Assembly (NCBI GenBank): GCA_015680685.1
Contig: MNCI01000811.1
Span: 236,381 to 300,380 of the forward strand
DNA from: Gnetum montanum
Lineage: Eukaryota; Plantae; Gnetophyta
Length of the DNA: 64,000 nucleotides
Direction: 5' to 3'
Shown here: in pieces, positions 63,205 through 64,000 of the stretch
How the letters are laid out: every line of letters begins with the position of its first letter
Numbering within the stretch: the stretch's first letter is position 1
Notes under the pieces: generated by a model
Database searches by the model: none
What the model was told of the DNA's origin: nothing
Seen by the model: only the letters and a program-made list of their open reading frames with translations
Made by a program: the position numbers and the translations under genes

Positions 63205-64000
63205 TGATGAGATGCAATTTGCATAGGCCGCGATATCGCATCCTCCGCGATATCGCATCCCCCACAATATCACGTACGCGATATTGCGTCTTCCCTACAA
63301 TATCGCGTACACAATATCACAGTCCTCCACCATATCTATAAATAAGACATGGCTCTCCCTTATTTAACATAGATAGAATAGAAGTAGTGAAGCTCTGGTA
63401 GTTTGACCACTCCAGAGATAGATTATTTTTCCCGTGTCTGCCCATAGTATGGTGAATATAATTGTACAGTGTCTTATTCGAGTGTGACGTACTTGGACAC
63501 ACACATGACCGACAATAAAGATCGAGATTACTTCATCATTGCAGCAGTCACTTTTTTATTTATTTATTTATTTATTTGTTATTTACTGCTTTCTCTCTCA
63601 CCCTTAAACTCCTAGAATGTGGAACAAGTATGACTTGATTACAAGCATTTCAGTGTGACTACTTGGTAGCCCAGTGGCATACCTAGGATCTGCACTTGGT
63701 AATCCTAGTGGTAGTCATGCACGAGGTCCAAGATGTGTACGGTTGATCAAGGAATCGATTGCTCGTCACACTTAGGCTAGATTAGATTTTCTTACCCTTT
63801 TCCTCCTAGCTTAGCTTAGTTAATATTATTTTCCACTACCTTTAGGAGTAGCGTTAGAATTAGGAACACATCATACACCTCACTCTGGACTAAACCATAC
63901 ATGAAAAATATAATACTAGTCCAAGTGGGAAGACAGTGAACTGCGACCTAAGGATAACTGTCTAGGTGCCACAACTAGTTCATCTGCGGAGTTTGACCGG
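63205..64000 (+). mobile_element. Young LTR related to the element B LTR family; runs off the window end
   Basis: Starts TGATGA; six GCGATATCGC-derived palindromes at 63230-63320; TATATAAATA ~63335. Blocks shared with B LTRs: CACTTGGTAATCCTAGT (63693 vs 32871), CAAGATGTGTACGG (~63728 vs ~20657), ACAATAAAGAT. Many intact CpGs. Confidence 0.8.

Noticed and set aside
63553-63577. (TTTA)n microsatellite
   Set aside because: Short, ordinary simple repeat inside the young LTR.
1-64000. Host protein-coding genes, tRNA/rRNA genes, organellar or viral (caulimovirid) insertions
   Set aside because: No supporting motifs seen; all recognisable coding relics are Ty3/gypsy or Ty1/copia domains, apart from the weak LINE and hAT traces noted.

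Overview
This is AT-rich plant intergenic DNA made almost entirely of old, nested, heavily C-to-T deaminated LTR retrotransposons. I find no host gene, RNA gene or CRISPR array. In order: (1) the 5' part of a Tat/Ogre-like Ty3/gypsy element (minus, 1-4.5 kb); (2) a truncated chromovirus-type pol (plus, 4.6-6.7 kb); (3) an Athila-like host element A (minus, ~7.8-33.9 kb), split by a gag-only SIRE/Maximus-type copia element (11031-17191; both LTRs, TSD TCTTT/TCTTC) and by a full-length 13.2-kb Athila-like element B (20111-33272; both LTRs, TSD GTATT); (4) the 3' half of Athila-like element D (minus, ~39.3-43.6 kb); (5) a CRM-like chromovirus with a chromodomain (plus, 44.6-55.9 kb), whose integrase is interrupted by the 3' half of Athila-like element F (minus, 47350-54288); (6) a ~43-bp tandem array, a Tat integrase relic, and a much younger CpG-retaining LTR starting at 63205. 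The most interesting pattern recurs in B, D and F. Downstream of pol, each has an internal copy of its own family-specific LTR motif array, a TATA-like box (clear in B and D, weak in F), a short leader, a GT-AG intron and an accessory ORF. This looks like a separately promoted accessory gene wired to the same cis-element as the LTR; any transactivator or anti-silencing function is inference only. All translations, alignments and identity estimates were made by eye. Boundaries marked ~ are approximate.
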